Shown here: positions 37,086 through 51,200 of the stretch, one piece after another
Layout: every line of letters begins with the position of its first letter
Position numbering within the stretch: the first letter of the stretch is position 1
Origin: Fimicolochytrium jonesii
Lineage: Eukaryota
Direction: 5' to 3'
Length of the DNA stretch: 64,000 bases
Assembly (NCBI RefSeq): GCF_025526975.1
Contig: NW_026515671.1
Coordinates: 1,426,001-1,490,000 of the forward strand
The notes under the pieces: model-generated
The model's database searches: none
What the model was told of the DNA's origin: nothing
Seen by the model: only the letters and a program-made list of their open reading frames with translations
Made by a program: the position numbers and the translations under genes

Positions 37086-38026
37086 AAGGGGACGAGGACG
37101 GAGACGAGGACAGGCTGCAACATGCCCAAGATCAGTAGGGACATATCTGGATTCCCACGCCGGACTTCAGGCTCGCCACTCAACGCGTGCCTCACGCAAC
37201 CGTGAGAATGGTTGGTAGCTTCCCGGGGGCCCCTCTAGATCTATGTACGGCGCGGGGCCAGGCTCTTCGGGTACTGATTCGCTCTGAGCATTCTGTTGCC
37301 CGAAGAACCCTCGCCGCTCCAAACGCGTGGAGCGGCCATTGGCCAAGGCTATCGGCCCATTCGACATCCATGGACATCAAAGAAAGGGTATAACGTACAG
37401 CTCGCTGGTCAGCTTTCCCAACTGAGGATTCCTAGGTGGGCGAATTTGCATTCGGTATATACCCGGCGGCCCGATGTTCAGCTCAGAACGTCCTCGCAGG
37501 ACCGAAAACGCGATACGCCTTGTCGCAGTAGGCAGGAGGTGCACGTACAGTACAGTATGCCCCATTGGGAACGGGGTCAGTTCCCACTATTCCCATGTTT
37601 GCGGCGAAACCCCCTTGCCCCTCCTGTACTTTGTGTCCATCTGGTCTATACACACTCTGTACAGTATGCATACTGTATAGACTTTGGGCGTCGTTCTAGG
37701 CTGAGTCCGAGCATTATTGTGTCATAGCTGCGTCAAATAACGACTTTCCCGCGTCGAAAGAACGCGTCCCTCCTGGCCCCGTCCTTGACTGACGTCTTTT
37801 GAGCAACAATAACATCGCACATATGGACGGGAACGGGGGATGAATCACGAAGGATGGTTTGCTTGCGACATGGAGGTGCTAGATATGCAGTATGGATCGT
37901 GTGACTTCCATGAAGGTTGAGCCGCGTAACTCAAAACGCATATAAAAGCTGAGGTGCTCTGCCAAACTCCTCTCCGTTTTCCAATCCATCCCCACTCCCT
38001 CAAACCTCTCAGTAAGCACACCCAAA

Positions 38027-38959
38027 ATGCTCGTCAAATCGCTCCCCCGTGCGTCGGCCCTCCACCGCCAACTGCCTCTGTTCGCTGTCGCCAGCACCAG
38101 GGTGCGCTTCAACACCACCTTCCCGCAACCCAAGCAAGCAGCCGAGAGCTTCAACGCTCGCCGTCCAATCGAGGTGTTGATCACCAACGATCACCGCTCG
38201 TTTGACGAGCTGTTTGAGAGGTATCACAAGACGAAGGGCGATAAAGAGGCAAAGCAGGTGAGTTAGCTGCATGTGGTGCATCATACCCTTCCAGAAAATT
38301 GACATTGACGTGTACTTCGACGTTTTACTCGAATCCTCCTTAGGCCATTGTCAATGAGTTCATCCGGGAAGTCGCCCAACACTCCATCGCCGAGGAGACT
38401 GCGGTATACCCACTGATCGACGAAGTTGAAGGTGACAAGGAAGGCGACCACCTCCGCGCCGACCATGCCGAGGTCAAGAACCATCTGTTCCGCCTTGACA
38501 AGATGTCGGTGGGGGATGCGGGCTTTGACGATTTGTTTGCACGAGTGGTTGCTGTGCTCAAATGTGAGTGCCAAGAGGGAGAGGTGCATATTACGCCATC
38601 CGGCTTCGCTGACTAAGGTTATTTGAACGAACAGCCCATGCAAAGGAGGAAGAGACCAAACATCTCCCGCTACTAGCCAAGAAAATGTCCGAAAAGGAGC
38701 GTATCGACCTTTCCTCAAAGTTCCTACGTCGCAAGGCCATCTCCCCGACCAGGTCACACCCGAATGCCCCGGACAAGCCTGCCTCTCTGGAGCTTCTGGG
38801 TAAGAAAACCCAGATGTTGTCAACGCCTTCGAGAGCAAACCTAATAACTCTTCCTCCCCCGCCCCTTCTCCTCTCGTAGCTGGCCTCCCCGTAGCTCCAA
38901 TCGACAAGCTCCGGGATCAGACGCGCAAGTTCGCGGAACGTCGCATCCCTCAACAGTGA
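38027..38959 (+). CDS. Hemerythrin/HHE cation-binding domain protein with a putative mitochondrial presequence, 4 exons
   Basis: Spliced ITNDHR...|REVAQHSIAEETAVYP...ADHAEVK...|HAKEEETKHLP...PTRSHPNAPDKP...PIDKLRD. The N-terminus is Arg/Ser/Leu-rich and free of acidic residues. Confidence 0.85.
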
Positions 38960-39823
38960 GGAGTGCCGCCCTTGTAAACTCCTGAATGTCTCTCTGCTGA
39001 AAGTGGGGTAGGATAGGCTTCTTGGAGCTATGCCTGAGTTTTGCTTCATTTTGTATTCATATTTTGAGAGGGGAATCACATTTTGGATAGGGCGCAAGCT
39101 TCGCGTTGATTCCTTCATGTTCTGGTCTTCAAACGCTCCATTCATCACTGTGGTGGGGGGCCTCCAATCACCAGCATGTCGAGCACAAGCGTTGCCGAGG
39201 TCTCCTCAAGGCCTAAGTCAGCCTAGCTGTCAACATCGCAACGACAGTCCTACTCCGTTGATGGGCATGTACCATCTCGCGAGCTCCATTCATGAAGACC
39301 ACTCTTCCCTTTCGCCGTTTGTCTTCCTCCATTATCTTCCTTCGCCTGAGGTTACGTCGGGCAGGCGTTGCAAAACGCACTCGGTTGTTAGGACCTCCAA
39401 TCCGCGGACGCGTGGGGAATGCATGACAAACGCGTTTGCCTGTCGGAGTGTTCACACTTCAAAACTCGACATTTACTGTATATGGACTGATTCCGCAATT
39501 GACATTACATCCACTGCTTTCCGTTGATTGCACTTAATGACCGAGGCACCGCTTTTCTAACTGAGCAATAAGACACCTAGAACCTGAAGTAGAGGCATAT
39601 ATCACATGAGCTTCCCCCCGGCCTGGTTTGCAAGCATCCCAAGGATTGAGACATAGATCATATCCCGACGTGCAACATGCTAGACACGATGAATCCAAAA
39701 CACAAAATGGGCATGTCTCCCCAAAGCCATGGGAAATATGGGTGGTTTCCAAATCTCTGACCTTCCTCCCGGATACCAGACTCCCGATTAGAATCGGTCA
39801 TATTACGGCAAAAGAGTAAAGCA

Positions 39824-42269
39824 ATGTCCAGAGCTCCAACTGCGGACGACTTTGCTGCGCGTCTGAAGAGCTTCGACTCGAGCGATGGGGGTAATATCTC
39901 CAAAAAGGTTCATCGTTCCTTGCCAACGATGAATATTTCTTTGTTCTGACTTTTTGCAAATCTCGCTTGATAGGCTGAGCGTCTGGGGAAAGCGGTCAAG
40001 AAGAACCGAACGGTCGCCAGACTTGCGTTACATCGGGAGATTTGGTTCAGGGAACAGGAGCGCTTGAGCCATTTGAGGTATGGCGGACTTCAATGTTAAC
40101 ACAACATGGTGACATCTTCGCCTGACCCGTATGCTCGCAACCTGAAGCACAGTATCAGAAAAGTCAGCGCACGAGAGTCTATGCACGTTCGTGGCCCAAT
40201 GCAATCCATTGAATGAAGACGAAAAGAACACGTTGGACAAGGTTGCGGACATTCTTGACGAGGTGGAGGGGGCGGAGGCGGAGCGGGAGGAATTCATGAC
40301 CGGTTAGGCTGGAATCCCCCCTAATCGTTTCGAGTTGGTAACGTATCTGATGATGATAGCCCGGCTCCAGAGGTCTCGGATCGGGTTTCGAGCGTACGAC
40401 ACTACATGCATCGCGTAAGGAGTAGCACGGGGCGGAAAGAGTCGGTGGAGAGTATGCGGCAAGATTGCTTGGAATCGCTTGCGGAGACGAAAGCGTACTT
40501 GCGGCCGATATATGAGGAGGTGTGTGTGAGGAGGGAAGACCGATGCGTTTCGCAAAAGATACGAATGCAGAAGCATGCTGACGCCCATCTACCTAGCTGG
40601 CGGAGCAGGCGAGCAGCATATCGCAGTCAATGGTTCACTTCCGTAGAATGCAGAATGAGATGGACCAACCTGAGGGAGACGATCCGTGGATAGTGCACGA
40701 GGGCAAGGTGATGAAGTTCACCGACTTGCCTTGCGTGGATGAAAACATCAAGGCGTCATGCGTAGAGCAGCACAACAGGTAATCTGACCCAGCTTCCAAG
40801 CCTGAGTTGCGTGCTGGAAACAGCTTGGCTCATAACGCATGCAATCACCACAGGCTCATAACCGCATACAAAGACCGTGTGAGCGCCCTCTCCACGGCAC
40901 ATCCCCCGCTTTCCGATTGCACCCTCAGCGACGAAACACGTTTCAAGCTGAGGAAGGTCTACGACGAGTACGAGTCTGCCGAGCAGCACAAATGGACGTC
41001 TTGTCTGGATCGGGTGCATCTTGAAATGCCCCGATTGCCAAAATCTGATATTTCTGTACGTTCTTCGTTCATTTGCATTGGATGGTCATCAAATCCCGAA
41101 AGGCGACATACTCACATCGAGGTATCATATTCAGAGGTATCTCCGCTGGTACACCACCCACACCACCCACACCACCCAATTCAGCATCCTGCAACAGTTG
41201 CACGCCCGCGAGATGGCCGACTTCATCGCCCGAACCATCTCCAGGTTCGCCGCCGCGGAGGTGGACCACTGGCGAGAACTCCGCGCAAAGCAGGAAGCGA
41301 GTTGTCGCGAGGAACAGCGAGCGGAGATGCACGAGAAGTTGGGGTTGTGGAAGGAGGGTGTTGAGGAGGAACGGTGTAGGAAGGAGGCGGAGGAGGAGAG
41401 GAGTCGGGTTGTTGAGGAAGAGGAGCGGAGAGCACATGAGGTATGTTTCGCTTGCTTCAGTGAATATTGAAACGACGTTCCCGGTCCTTGCAGCTACTGA
41501 CGACCCGCCGGCCGTAGGAGAAGATGCAGGCCCAGCGCGAGATGCATCAGAAGATGATCAAAGAATACCAGGTCGCCAAACAAGCGCAGGTTATGGACCA
41601 GATGCTCACCGGCATCGAAATGCGGAAAGCCTACGAAGAGGAGTCCATTGAACGCATGAAGGTATGCAAATCCCCCGCACACCTAACCCCCCCCCCCCCC
41701 TATACTCCCAAACCCAACACTTCCCGTCATCCAGTACAACCGCACCCGCATCCACCACCGCACGACCCTCCTCGACCAAAAAAAACTCGACCACGAAGCC
41801 GATATCGCCCGCCAACACGAAGCCAAAGCCGCTCTTGAGCGCCGGTTGGAGAGATTGCGGGCGACGGTGGCTGTGAGTGCGTCGAGGGATTGGGAGAGGA
41901 CTTGTGGAGATACGGAGGCGTTTAGGAGGTTTAGGGATGCTGAGAAGGATGTATGTTTCGGTGCGATTTGGTGGGACGGGAGGTAAGATGTGTATTGATG
42001 TTTGCGGGTTCTAGACACCGTTTTATAGGGTCGATGGATATACGGTCGACAAGATGCTGGCCGATAAGAGGTATGTTCACGATCTCATCGCCATATCTAG
42101 TAGCTACATTGCAATTTTGTCTAATTCTTTGTCAACCAGGCTTAAACTGAGCGTAGCGCTCGCTGATTCGGGCTTGCTTCACAACTCCTACGCACGGGAA
42201 CTGTTGACGTCCATGACAGGTAGCCATGCTCCGAGACGTGATCATCTGTCTGCCATTCGACTTGGATGA
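39824..42269 (+). CDS. CCDC148-like coiled-coil protein, multi-exon
   Basis: Coiled-coil body, an N-terminal HREIWFREQERL segment, and C-terminal GYTVDKMLADKR|LKLSVALADSGLLHNSYARELL...PRRD, which resembles the CCDC148 C-terminus. Confidence 0.7.
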
Positions 42270-42489
42270 TGTGGGATGTGTGATTCATGGTGTACAAAGT
42301 TTGTGAGATCGGAAGATGTGCCGTTTCAGCGGGTGGCAATGGACATAATGCACGTATGGGAACAAGTAGAATACGATGATGGTTTAGTTTCAGACCAATA
42401 ACTCGGTATATATACATAAGGTCGAAAAAGGTACGTCAAGTCCAGAGAGCTGGCTTCGTCGATTGAGGGGGGAACAGACCAGCGAACAT

Positions 42490-44950
42490 CTACTGCTCCA
42501 TGCCTATAATCACATGCGCAACCATATTCAACGGCCAATACACCAAACACAAAAACGGCAAAAGCCACGCCCCATACAGCGTATACCCGTCCACCGCCAA
42601 CCGTACCGTCTCCAACGCACTATGCAGCCCGTCCGCAAATACCATAACTGCCAACAGCCCCACAGGCGACGCGACAAACAGCGCGACCAGCTGCCCCCAG
42701 AAGTAGACGTGGTTGGATGTCGGGCGCGCGAGGTACATGGCGGGTACGGAGGGCAGGGCGAGGAGGATGGAGAGGGAGGGGTTGAGGGTTGCGAGGGCGA
42801 TGAGGGCGGCCCCGAGTTCGATGCAGGCGAAGCATTTGACCATCGTCCATGCTGCGGAACTTTTCTGGGTGCTGGCGCCTGAGCCTTCCATGATGCGTTG
42901 GAGGGTGGGGACGAGGAAGCCGTAGAGACACGCGGTGACTACCAGGATGGCGGCACTCATGTTTAAAGGCTGTGGTGATGCAGAAGGCGAAAGGTTAAGA
43001 TGATTGAGACTGGCATGCCAAAGAACCAAAGAACCAAAGACACTCACATTGATGTTTCCATGCTGAGCCACAAAGCGTATTGTCGGCGCCATGTAGAGGG
43101 CGAAAGCTCCCGCAGCATGACACATGGCTAGCGTGACGATCGGTAGAAAGACCGGTCGATTGATCCGCTCAAAAGTGGACAGTTCAGCGGATCTCATGGC
43201 GTATTTGGTTCCCGGTATACGGGTTGGCGGAGAGGGACACTTTGTTAGCTGTTCGCCCGCTGCAAGCCACATACGAACAGACTTGTTCGTAGCGGACAGA
43301 TGGAATTATCAGTACTGGGCGGGATGTGCGTGTGCACGACCTTCGCGCCTACCTCTAATATCAATGTCACAGAGAGAAGTGCCACCGGTGGAAGATACCT
43401 TGATAAGGGAATGTACGCCGAAGCTGTTGGCATGAGGTAGAACCAATAGGAGTGGTGGAGTCTTTCGAGGAGATTGTTCAAACTCCGCAGCATCGACTCA
43501 ATGGATCTGGTTTACGCACAGACATTGATAAGCTTTTTCCCACTCCTTGTTGACCGGGGATCGCCATTTACCTTCCCAGCTGTTCCCCATTGATGCGGTA
43601 TGTTCGTCCTGGTACGTCAGACAGGCCACGTAATGTGACCGCCTCAATATGATATCTGGCAAGTCGATGCAACACTTGAGCAGCGGTCTTTTACAAAACT
43701 GCCTTCTTCGAAGGGCTCTAACCTTGCGTAGAGCGCATGGTTACCACGCGGAAGACCAGCGGCCTGGGCCTTCACGTATTCCTTCAGAATGTCTGCCTTG
43801 AAAAGATAGCTGTTCCAATCGCTCTCGAACTTTTCGGGAGCAACGGCTTGGTGTAGGGCAACAGGAATGCCCTCGTATTTGTTGCACAGAACAACCGTAG
43901 ACACCAGGTCTGCGTTTGGGAGTTGTCCATTGAGTCCCGTTACATCTATTTCCACAGCTGCGTACTCGTCCGACCCCGTTAGCTCCAGATTCAGTGCCTC
44001 CTGGATTACGCCGCTATGGACCGCCAGTGGATCATATCGCAGCGCTGCCCCCTCTTGGGACTGCTTGCCATGATACGCCTCCAGCCATGCCTGGGTCCCC
44101 ACGGGACTTGGATGCGTCACCACGAACACAAAGTCCTTGGACCAATGCGAAAACTTTGTGACGAACTTGGCGAGCGCGAGCAGATATGCTACACCACCGG
44201 CATTGACGCGTCCATCTTGAGCGACAAAAGGTGTCGATATCACAATCGCCTCCGTTCCATCACTGCGTGGTGCTCTAAACACACCGTATGCGTTCGATCC
44301 GTCTACCGGTCCATGATTCGCAAATCGGACGAAATCCTGCGTTGACGCGTCAAGCCCGAATGACCGGAGTTCTCCCTCGATGAATGAGGCATAGCTACAA
44401 CAGGACGGCATTTATCAGTCGCCGCAATCGGTGGAAATAAAAGTGGGCTCCTCGGGCCACTCACTCGGCAGCTATCTTCGACTGCGCGGCTAACGCCTGA
44501 ATATGCGTTCGATACTCTTTCACAAAATGATAATCGAGGGCGGAGAAGTATTTCGTCGTCTACATTGAGGGAAGAGTCCTTCAGCACTTTCCCACGCCTT
44601 CATAACCGCAGTTGCTGCCTACCTGGCCTGGCAGCAACGCGTTCTCGTCGACATAGTTTCGCTGATGAAATTGGCTCTGCGGTAGAAAGAGGAGCCATAT
44701 CACGCCGACAACGTAGAACAACCAGCTGTTCAGTGGGATTCGGAAAACGTTCAGACCATGTCTCGGCGGGCGCCCCAAAGGAGATTATGGCCTAGAGTAC
44801 GGACCTGCCTTTGTTGATGGCAACGCGGAGGTAGTACTCAGCGACCGTTCGTAGGTGTGCCCGCCGTAGTTCCTTGATGGGGGCGTTTGGGTCGGTGCGT
44901 TTCTCCGCAGCGGCGACGGGGCCCGACTTCCTTCTCAGGAAACGTAGCAT
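42490..44950 (-). CDS. GAA1: GPI transamidase subunit Gaa1, multi-exon
   Basis: NYVDENALLPGQ, RAPRSDGTEAIV, HWSKDFVFV, GLNGQLPNADL and RSLNNLLERLHHSYWFYL, followed by C-terminal TM helices. Confidence 0.93.
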
Positions 44951-45259
44951 TCTTGCAAGGTGCTGTTGGGGAGCGTCCAACCTGATCTTGAGAAGCGGCG
45001 ACGACGAGTGGGAAAGTTGGGAATTCCCACGCTGCTTACGTAACATTTCTCGCCCTCGCAGTGCTTCCGTCTTTGCAACTTCCAAATTCGTCCATTTCGC
45101 CACAGCTCCATTTCCTCAACTGGGACCCAACTATTTCAGAGAACGCCAACTGGGTAGACCCACTGTGACTTCCAGGCGTCTACTGCAGTCTCGTTCTGAA
45201 GGGGTTGTACCCACGGAAGGAGTTCTTTATATAGTCTGGTAACTTCACAAAACGACACA

Positions 45260-47782
45260 ATGGCAAAGAAGGGCGACTCGAAAAAGGCCCCTAGGGAGGT
45301 GTCCACACAGCCCTTGACAACAGATCCCCGTTTCGCTAAAGTACACTCCGACCCTCGTTTCATCAAAGCGAAGCGAGATGCCAACAAGGTCAAAATCGAC
45401 AGCCGTTTCATCGGCATGTTGCAGAGTGAGGAGTTCGGCACAGGCTCGTCAGGACCGGCGATTGACCGTTACGGTCGACGAGCGAAGAAAGGGACAAAGA
45501 AGGAGCTTGAAAGGTTTTACAAGCTTGACGATGAAGAGGAGAGGAAAGAGGAAAGCGGGAGCGGGAGTGGAAGTGAAAGTGGCAGTGGCGACGAGGTGGA
45601 GGACGAGGCAGAGGGCGGCGTTTCTGCGGACGTTGTAGTAAGCGACGAAGTGGACAGCGAGGAGGAGGACGAGGAAGACGAGGAAGACGAAACTGGCGGC
45701 CGGATAGCAGGATACGACCTTGCGCGTGGAGGTGCAATGCTCGAATCCGATTCTGAGAGCGAGGATGAAGATGAGGATGCTGTTGAGGATGACACAGAGG
45801 AGCGGGACGTACTGGATATCGGACCATACGGAGAAGAGACGGTCCCTACAGGCGACGAAACATCCCGCATCGCCATCGTCAATATGGATTGGGACCACGT
45901 GAAAGCAAAAGATCTTTTCAAGATCTTTGACGGTTTCAAGCCGGCAAGTGGAACCGTGAAGAGTGTCAAGATATACCCGTCGGAGTTTGGCAAAGAGAGG
46001 CTCGAGAAGGAAGCCAGGGAAGGCCCACCAGCAGACATCTTTGAGCCCGTCGGTGGCGACGATTTGTCGAAACCGTTGATCCAAGCAGATGACGGGACCG
46101 AGCAGTACGACAATGTCAAGCTACGAAAGTACCAATTGGAGAGGTTGCGATACTACTACGCTGTACTCGAATGCGACTCGGTCGAAACCGCAAGGTCGAT
46201 CTACAAAACCTGTGACGGTACAGAATACGAAAAGTCCGCAAATTTCTTCGACCTGCGCTATGTACCCGAAGGAATGGAGTTCGACGACAGCCCTGCCGAC
46301 GAAGCCTACGAGCCACCGAGCGTATATCAGCCAAAGGACTTTGTCACACAGGCCTTGCAGCATTCCAAAGTCAAGCTGACCTGGGACGAAGAGGATGATG
46401 ACCGTGTCCGGGTCACGAGACGGAAGTTTACAAAGGACGATCTGCAGGATATGGATTTCAAGGCATACTTGGCCTCTTCTTCCGAGGATGAGGATGGTGA
46501 AGATGCGGACGCTATTCGGCAGAAGTTTAAGGCTCTTTTGGGGGGTGGCGAGGGAGCGGGGGATGTGTTTGGAAGCAAGGACAAAGGAGAGGAGATGGAG
46601 ATCACCTTCACGCCTGGGTTGAGTGAGAAGGCAGCTGCTCTTTTGGACAAGAAGAAGGGGAAGGACGTAGGTTTTGCTTGTCTTTGCTGGAGACTCCTAG
46701 CAACTCGCCTCTGATGTTCTCCTGGATTATCAAGGCCTCGAAGGACGAGACTGTGTTTGATGCTTACTTGCGCAAACGCAAGGAAAAGCGGAAGGCGAAG
46801 AAGGCTGCCAACAAGGCAGGCGCGGAAGAGGGACCAAATTCAGAAGGTAATAGAAATATGGCACTCAACGTGCAGCAGATCATGAAACACAGCAATATAC
46901 TAACGTTCGCGATTTGCAGATGCTCTGGTATCTTCTGGCGACGAAGGTGTCGACATGGACGATCCATTCTTCCGTGACGCGTTTGACGACAACTACGCCC
47001 CCAAAGGTAGGTCTTGGCGTGTGCCCTACTCCCAGCTAGTCGTCCATGCAGCGACTTACCATCAATGTCCATTCATAGGCTCAATAGCCAAACCCGAGAA
47101 AGAATCCAAACCCAGCAAAACCAAAAAGGCCAAAAACAAACCACCCACCGCCGAAGAACTGAAAGCCAAAGCCGAGCTCGAACTCCTGATGGCCGACCCG
47201 ACCTCAACCGAGAACCGCCACTTTGACGCAAAACAGGTCGTCAAAGAAGAAAAACAGTCCCGCCGCAAAAAGAACCGTAACAAAAAAGACGCGAACAAGG
47301 AGAAGCGCGAGGGCGGCGTGCAGGATGGGTTTGAGATTAATACTGCGGATCCGAGGTTTACGGATCTGTTGGAGAATCATGCGTTTGCGGTTGATCCGAC
47401 AAATCCTCAGTGAGTGGCAATTTGTAGAGTTTGGCGTTAGGTCGTCAGCTCGGGTTCTGATACTCTTTCTCCCGCATACCAGCTTCAAGAAGACGCAAGC
47501 GATGGGCAAACTCCTGGATGAGCGCCGGAAACGGTCCGCTGCGGCACATCCCGACCAGGAGGTTCCCAAATCGACCGCGGCTTCGTCCAAACCCGCTACC
47601 TCGGACGTCAACATCTCTCAACTGGTTGATTCCGTACGTACCGGGGGCCAAGCGGATTTTCCGTGGATGAATTTGAATACTGACACTGTCATCGCCGCTT
47701 TTCTCTTCAATCTCTCCAGGTCAAACGCAAAAGCGCCATGGCGACCAACTCGGGCCGCGGTAAACGAGCAAAACGATCCTAA
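45260..47782 (+). CDS. ESF1: Pre-rRNA processing protein Esf1 (NUC153 domain)
   Basis: DPRFAKVHSDPRF, RIAIVNMDWDHVKAKDL, IYPSEFGKERL, LRKYQLERLRYYYAV, ALQHSKVKLTWDE and DPRF..L.ENHAFAVDPTNPQ. Confidence 0.94.
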
Positions 47783-48232
47783 TAACCAAATTCACCGCGA
47801 CCCCCTTCCAACGGAGTACACCCTAGTCCAGAATTTTTGTCAGATTCTATTCTCTAAATAGAAGCAGCCTAATTTATGTAGATCGTTCCATCATCATCTC
47901 ATCACCAATATATTTTCCTTACACAAATGAAACAGGCCGAGCAATGTGTCGATCGTATGAATTCTATATGTGTGAGTTGTGTATGTACATGAAAAACCGG
48001 AGATGCCACAAAATAGACAAGGTGCAGCGGCAAAAGACAAAAGAGGTGTAGGGTGCGTGGGTACTCCAGCACTTCCCCACCAGAGAGGGACAAGAAAAAA
48101 TGTCAACTATCGAAGTCGACAAGGGGTTTGCGGCAGTGCTCGAGTAATCTAACCTCGGTTGTGTGGGGGCGGGTTTCCCAGAAACGCCGCTATGATATAT
48201 AAGAACGCTCCAACGCTACCTACAACGGATAT

Positions 48233-48249
48233 GGGGGGGGGGGGGGGGG
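48233..48249 (+). repeat. Poly-G tract (17 nt)
   Basis: Homopolymer just downstream of the RhoGEF stop codon. Confidence 0.9.
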
Positions 48250-48265
48250 TATATCCCGCCAAAGT

Positions 48266-51200
48266 TTAAGCCACAGAACCCCCATCATCCACCCCCTCCC
48301 CCTCCCCGTCCCCCACCTCCTCATCATCAAACAGCTCATCCATAACAGCCGCCGTCGTGGAGACAACCTCCCGCAATCTGAACACGCACTGGTATTCGAG
48401 CGGGCTGTCCATGACGCAGTGGAGGATCTCCGGATTGGTGTTGAGGGTGCGCATGTTGTGGGTGGGGATGATCTGTTGCAGTTCGCCGGTGCCGACGTGG
48501 CGGACTTCGATGAAGGAGGGTTCGAAGGCTATTATGTAGGGGGCGTGGAATGCTGTGACACGGCGGGAGGAGGAAAGGTCAAGACAAAGCTCACGGAGCG
48601 AAAGGGGGCGGAAAGAAACCCCAAACTCACCAAAACTAGTAGGATTTCCCAACCAATAAATCAGCGAATCCTCCTTGATCCTCGCTCCAAACCGGTTGAT
48701 ATAGAACCCAAACTCGTCATAACACAGCAAGAAATCTCCGCCGTCCAGACGGAAGATGCTGATTGGTTTCAGCCCTTCACGCTTGCTGACGAAATCCAAT
48801 TTGTCGTCGTCCGGGTCGATCAGTCCCTGAGGCATGAGGGTGTCTAGGTCGACGATCTCGAACCCTTTTGAGCAGCCGACGCAGAGTTTCGTGCGGAGGT
48901 AGTGGATTGAGTTAGCTTCGGCTGGGATGTAAAATTCCTACGAAAATACAAACATGTCAGTGCGAGATTCCGAATACATCGACAACAGGCCCTCATCAAC
49001 CCACCTTGAAAGTCTTCACCGTCTGCTCCGCGGACGAAAACAGCTTCCCCAACTTCCCGCGTTTCTTACTCTCCCCCGAAATCGGCTCATAGATCTTAAC
49101 AATGGAGCTGAGCGCAGTGACCCTGACGCCCGAGATCAGGGTGCGATCACTGCATACGCCGCTTTTGAAGAAGTTTGTGCTGGAGGAGACGCGTTCGCCT
49201 TTGTGGAAGTATTTGCCGGATTCGGATTCGGGGGAGTCGAGGATGGAGAGGGGGAAAGACCACAGGCATTTTTCTGATGTGATGAACAAACGAAGGTCAG
49301 CTACGGTCTCATGGAGTTTTCTCCAGCTCCCATACGTTTAAGAACTCACCAGCCAACAACGTCAACAAATCATGATCCGGCAACACATCCACCTGCGAAA
49401 TCTTCTCCATATCCAACACCTTCTTGAAACTCTGCTCACCCGCTCCATCCTCACAATGCAGCGGTCCCACATACAACCCTGCATCCGTGCCCAAAATCAA
49501 CCTATCCCCAAGAACCGTCGACGCGTTCACCCGATTGTGGTAAGGGAACAACGTGTCGAGTAAAGTGACGATTTCAAATTTTTGCTTGGATTCCATGAGG
49601 AGGGATTTTTGGGATTCGATTGCTTCGCGCCATAGGCGGCGTTCGGCTTGGTTTGAGGCGTGGAAGGTGACGGTGCCGCCGTCTCGACCGAGATGCGTGA
49701 TTGTGAGAGGGAATCCTTTGGATGCGTCGGAAAGTGGTGTGATGGTGGTGTGATGGGAGGATTTGGAGCTGATGGAGCTGTGGACGGAGTTATGGACGGA
49801 GTTGGGGAGGGAGCTTTGGAGGGAGCTTTGGGTGGAGCTTCCGTTTAGAATGGAAGCAGCTGGGGAACTTTTGGAGGATCCGAACCGTATTGAGCCTCGT
49901 CGGCCCACTGAGGATTGCGTGTCGGCTACAACTATCAGCTCCAGTGGTATTGGCTGTGATGTGAAGAAGTCAGTCAGCGTCTTGTTCAGCAGATGCAGTT
50001 CACTCAGGAAGCGGATGCTTACCCGCTTATAAAGCTTCCGAGATCCACCCTTCTTCGTCTTCGTCATGAGCAATACGTGATCGAAAAGATACAGATGTAT
50101 CTCCTGATCATGTCCGTTCCTCCGCAACATCAGAGTGCCTTCCCGAATGATCGCACGTCCAGGTTTCGCGAGTCCCAAGTCCTAAAATTCACAGAGGTCA
50201 GCAATTCCACCAACGAACGACAATCTCCCTGCAAACCCCCCGTCACATACATAAGGCTCCCCCGGAAATATCAACGAATCCTGCAATCTCTGCAATTTCA
50301 ACATATCCTCCGACCTCCCGGCCTCCTGATTGATATCCATCAACACAGCCTTAATAACCCTAATCGCCTGCGGTATCAAAGTCCGATCCGGATGGTGTTC
50401 CGCGGCCGCCTTGATAGCCGATTGCAGAAAAAGGGGGTATCGACCAATCCGCGTGGTTGGGCGGGCGAGGAAACTATGAATGGGCAGTTTTCGGCACTGC
50501 GGGTCGCGTTCGCATTCTTGGAGGAATTTGGCGAATTCGGGGTTGGTGGCACGTTCTTGGTCGAGAATGTGTTTGGCAAAGACTTGTTGCGCGCCGTAAC
50601 GGACGTAGGCTTGGAAGGACGGGACGGTGGCGAGGAAGATGTCGCCGATTTTGTCGACGATGTGATTTGCTTTTTGACGTTCTAGGAGTTTTTGCAGGAG
50701 CTGGGAGTTGATTTCGTGCAGTTCGGAGATGTTGAGGAACACGCTGCTGATGAATGATTCCAATCTCTCGGCTGGGATGATGAGCTTTTTCCGCAATGGT
50801 TGAATGAAGACCTGCAAAAAGGTAAAAGACATGTCAGGATTCAATCGCTCGGGATAGCCAATCCAATCCTAGTCCCTACATTCTCAATCAACTCCAAATC
50901 CCCCACAAACTCCTTCTCAGTCTGGATCGCCTCATAGATGATCTCCTGCCGTTTCCGCTCGGCACTCGACACCGCATCCACAATATCCTGCGGGACAGTG
51001 GTCGACCACAGCAGCTCCGCCTGTTTCTCCTGATCCCCAAACGACGTCCTACTCGGACTCCTCTCCAGGTTTGACCGTGACGTTGCCTGTTTGAGCAGTC
51101 TGCTTTGTTGTTCGAGACGGCCGGGACAAGCGATGCTGTAGCAGAGCTTGTCGGCTGAACATGTGGGGGAGTAGCAGTGGGTGAGGAGAGTGAATACGCC

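Noticed and set aside
36178..37727. ORFs in the arginase upstream region, including the MG/PI dipeptide-repeat ORFs
   Set aside because: They arise from the microsatellite and GC-rich sequence; no coding signature.
12840..38959. A metal/redox gene cluster (AKR, GST, Cu-ATPase, paraoxonase-like, HHE)
   Set aside because: The genes are interspersed with unrelated housekeeping genes and no shared regulatory motif was seen.
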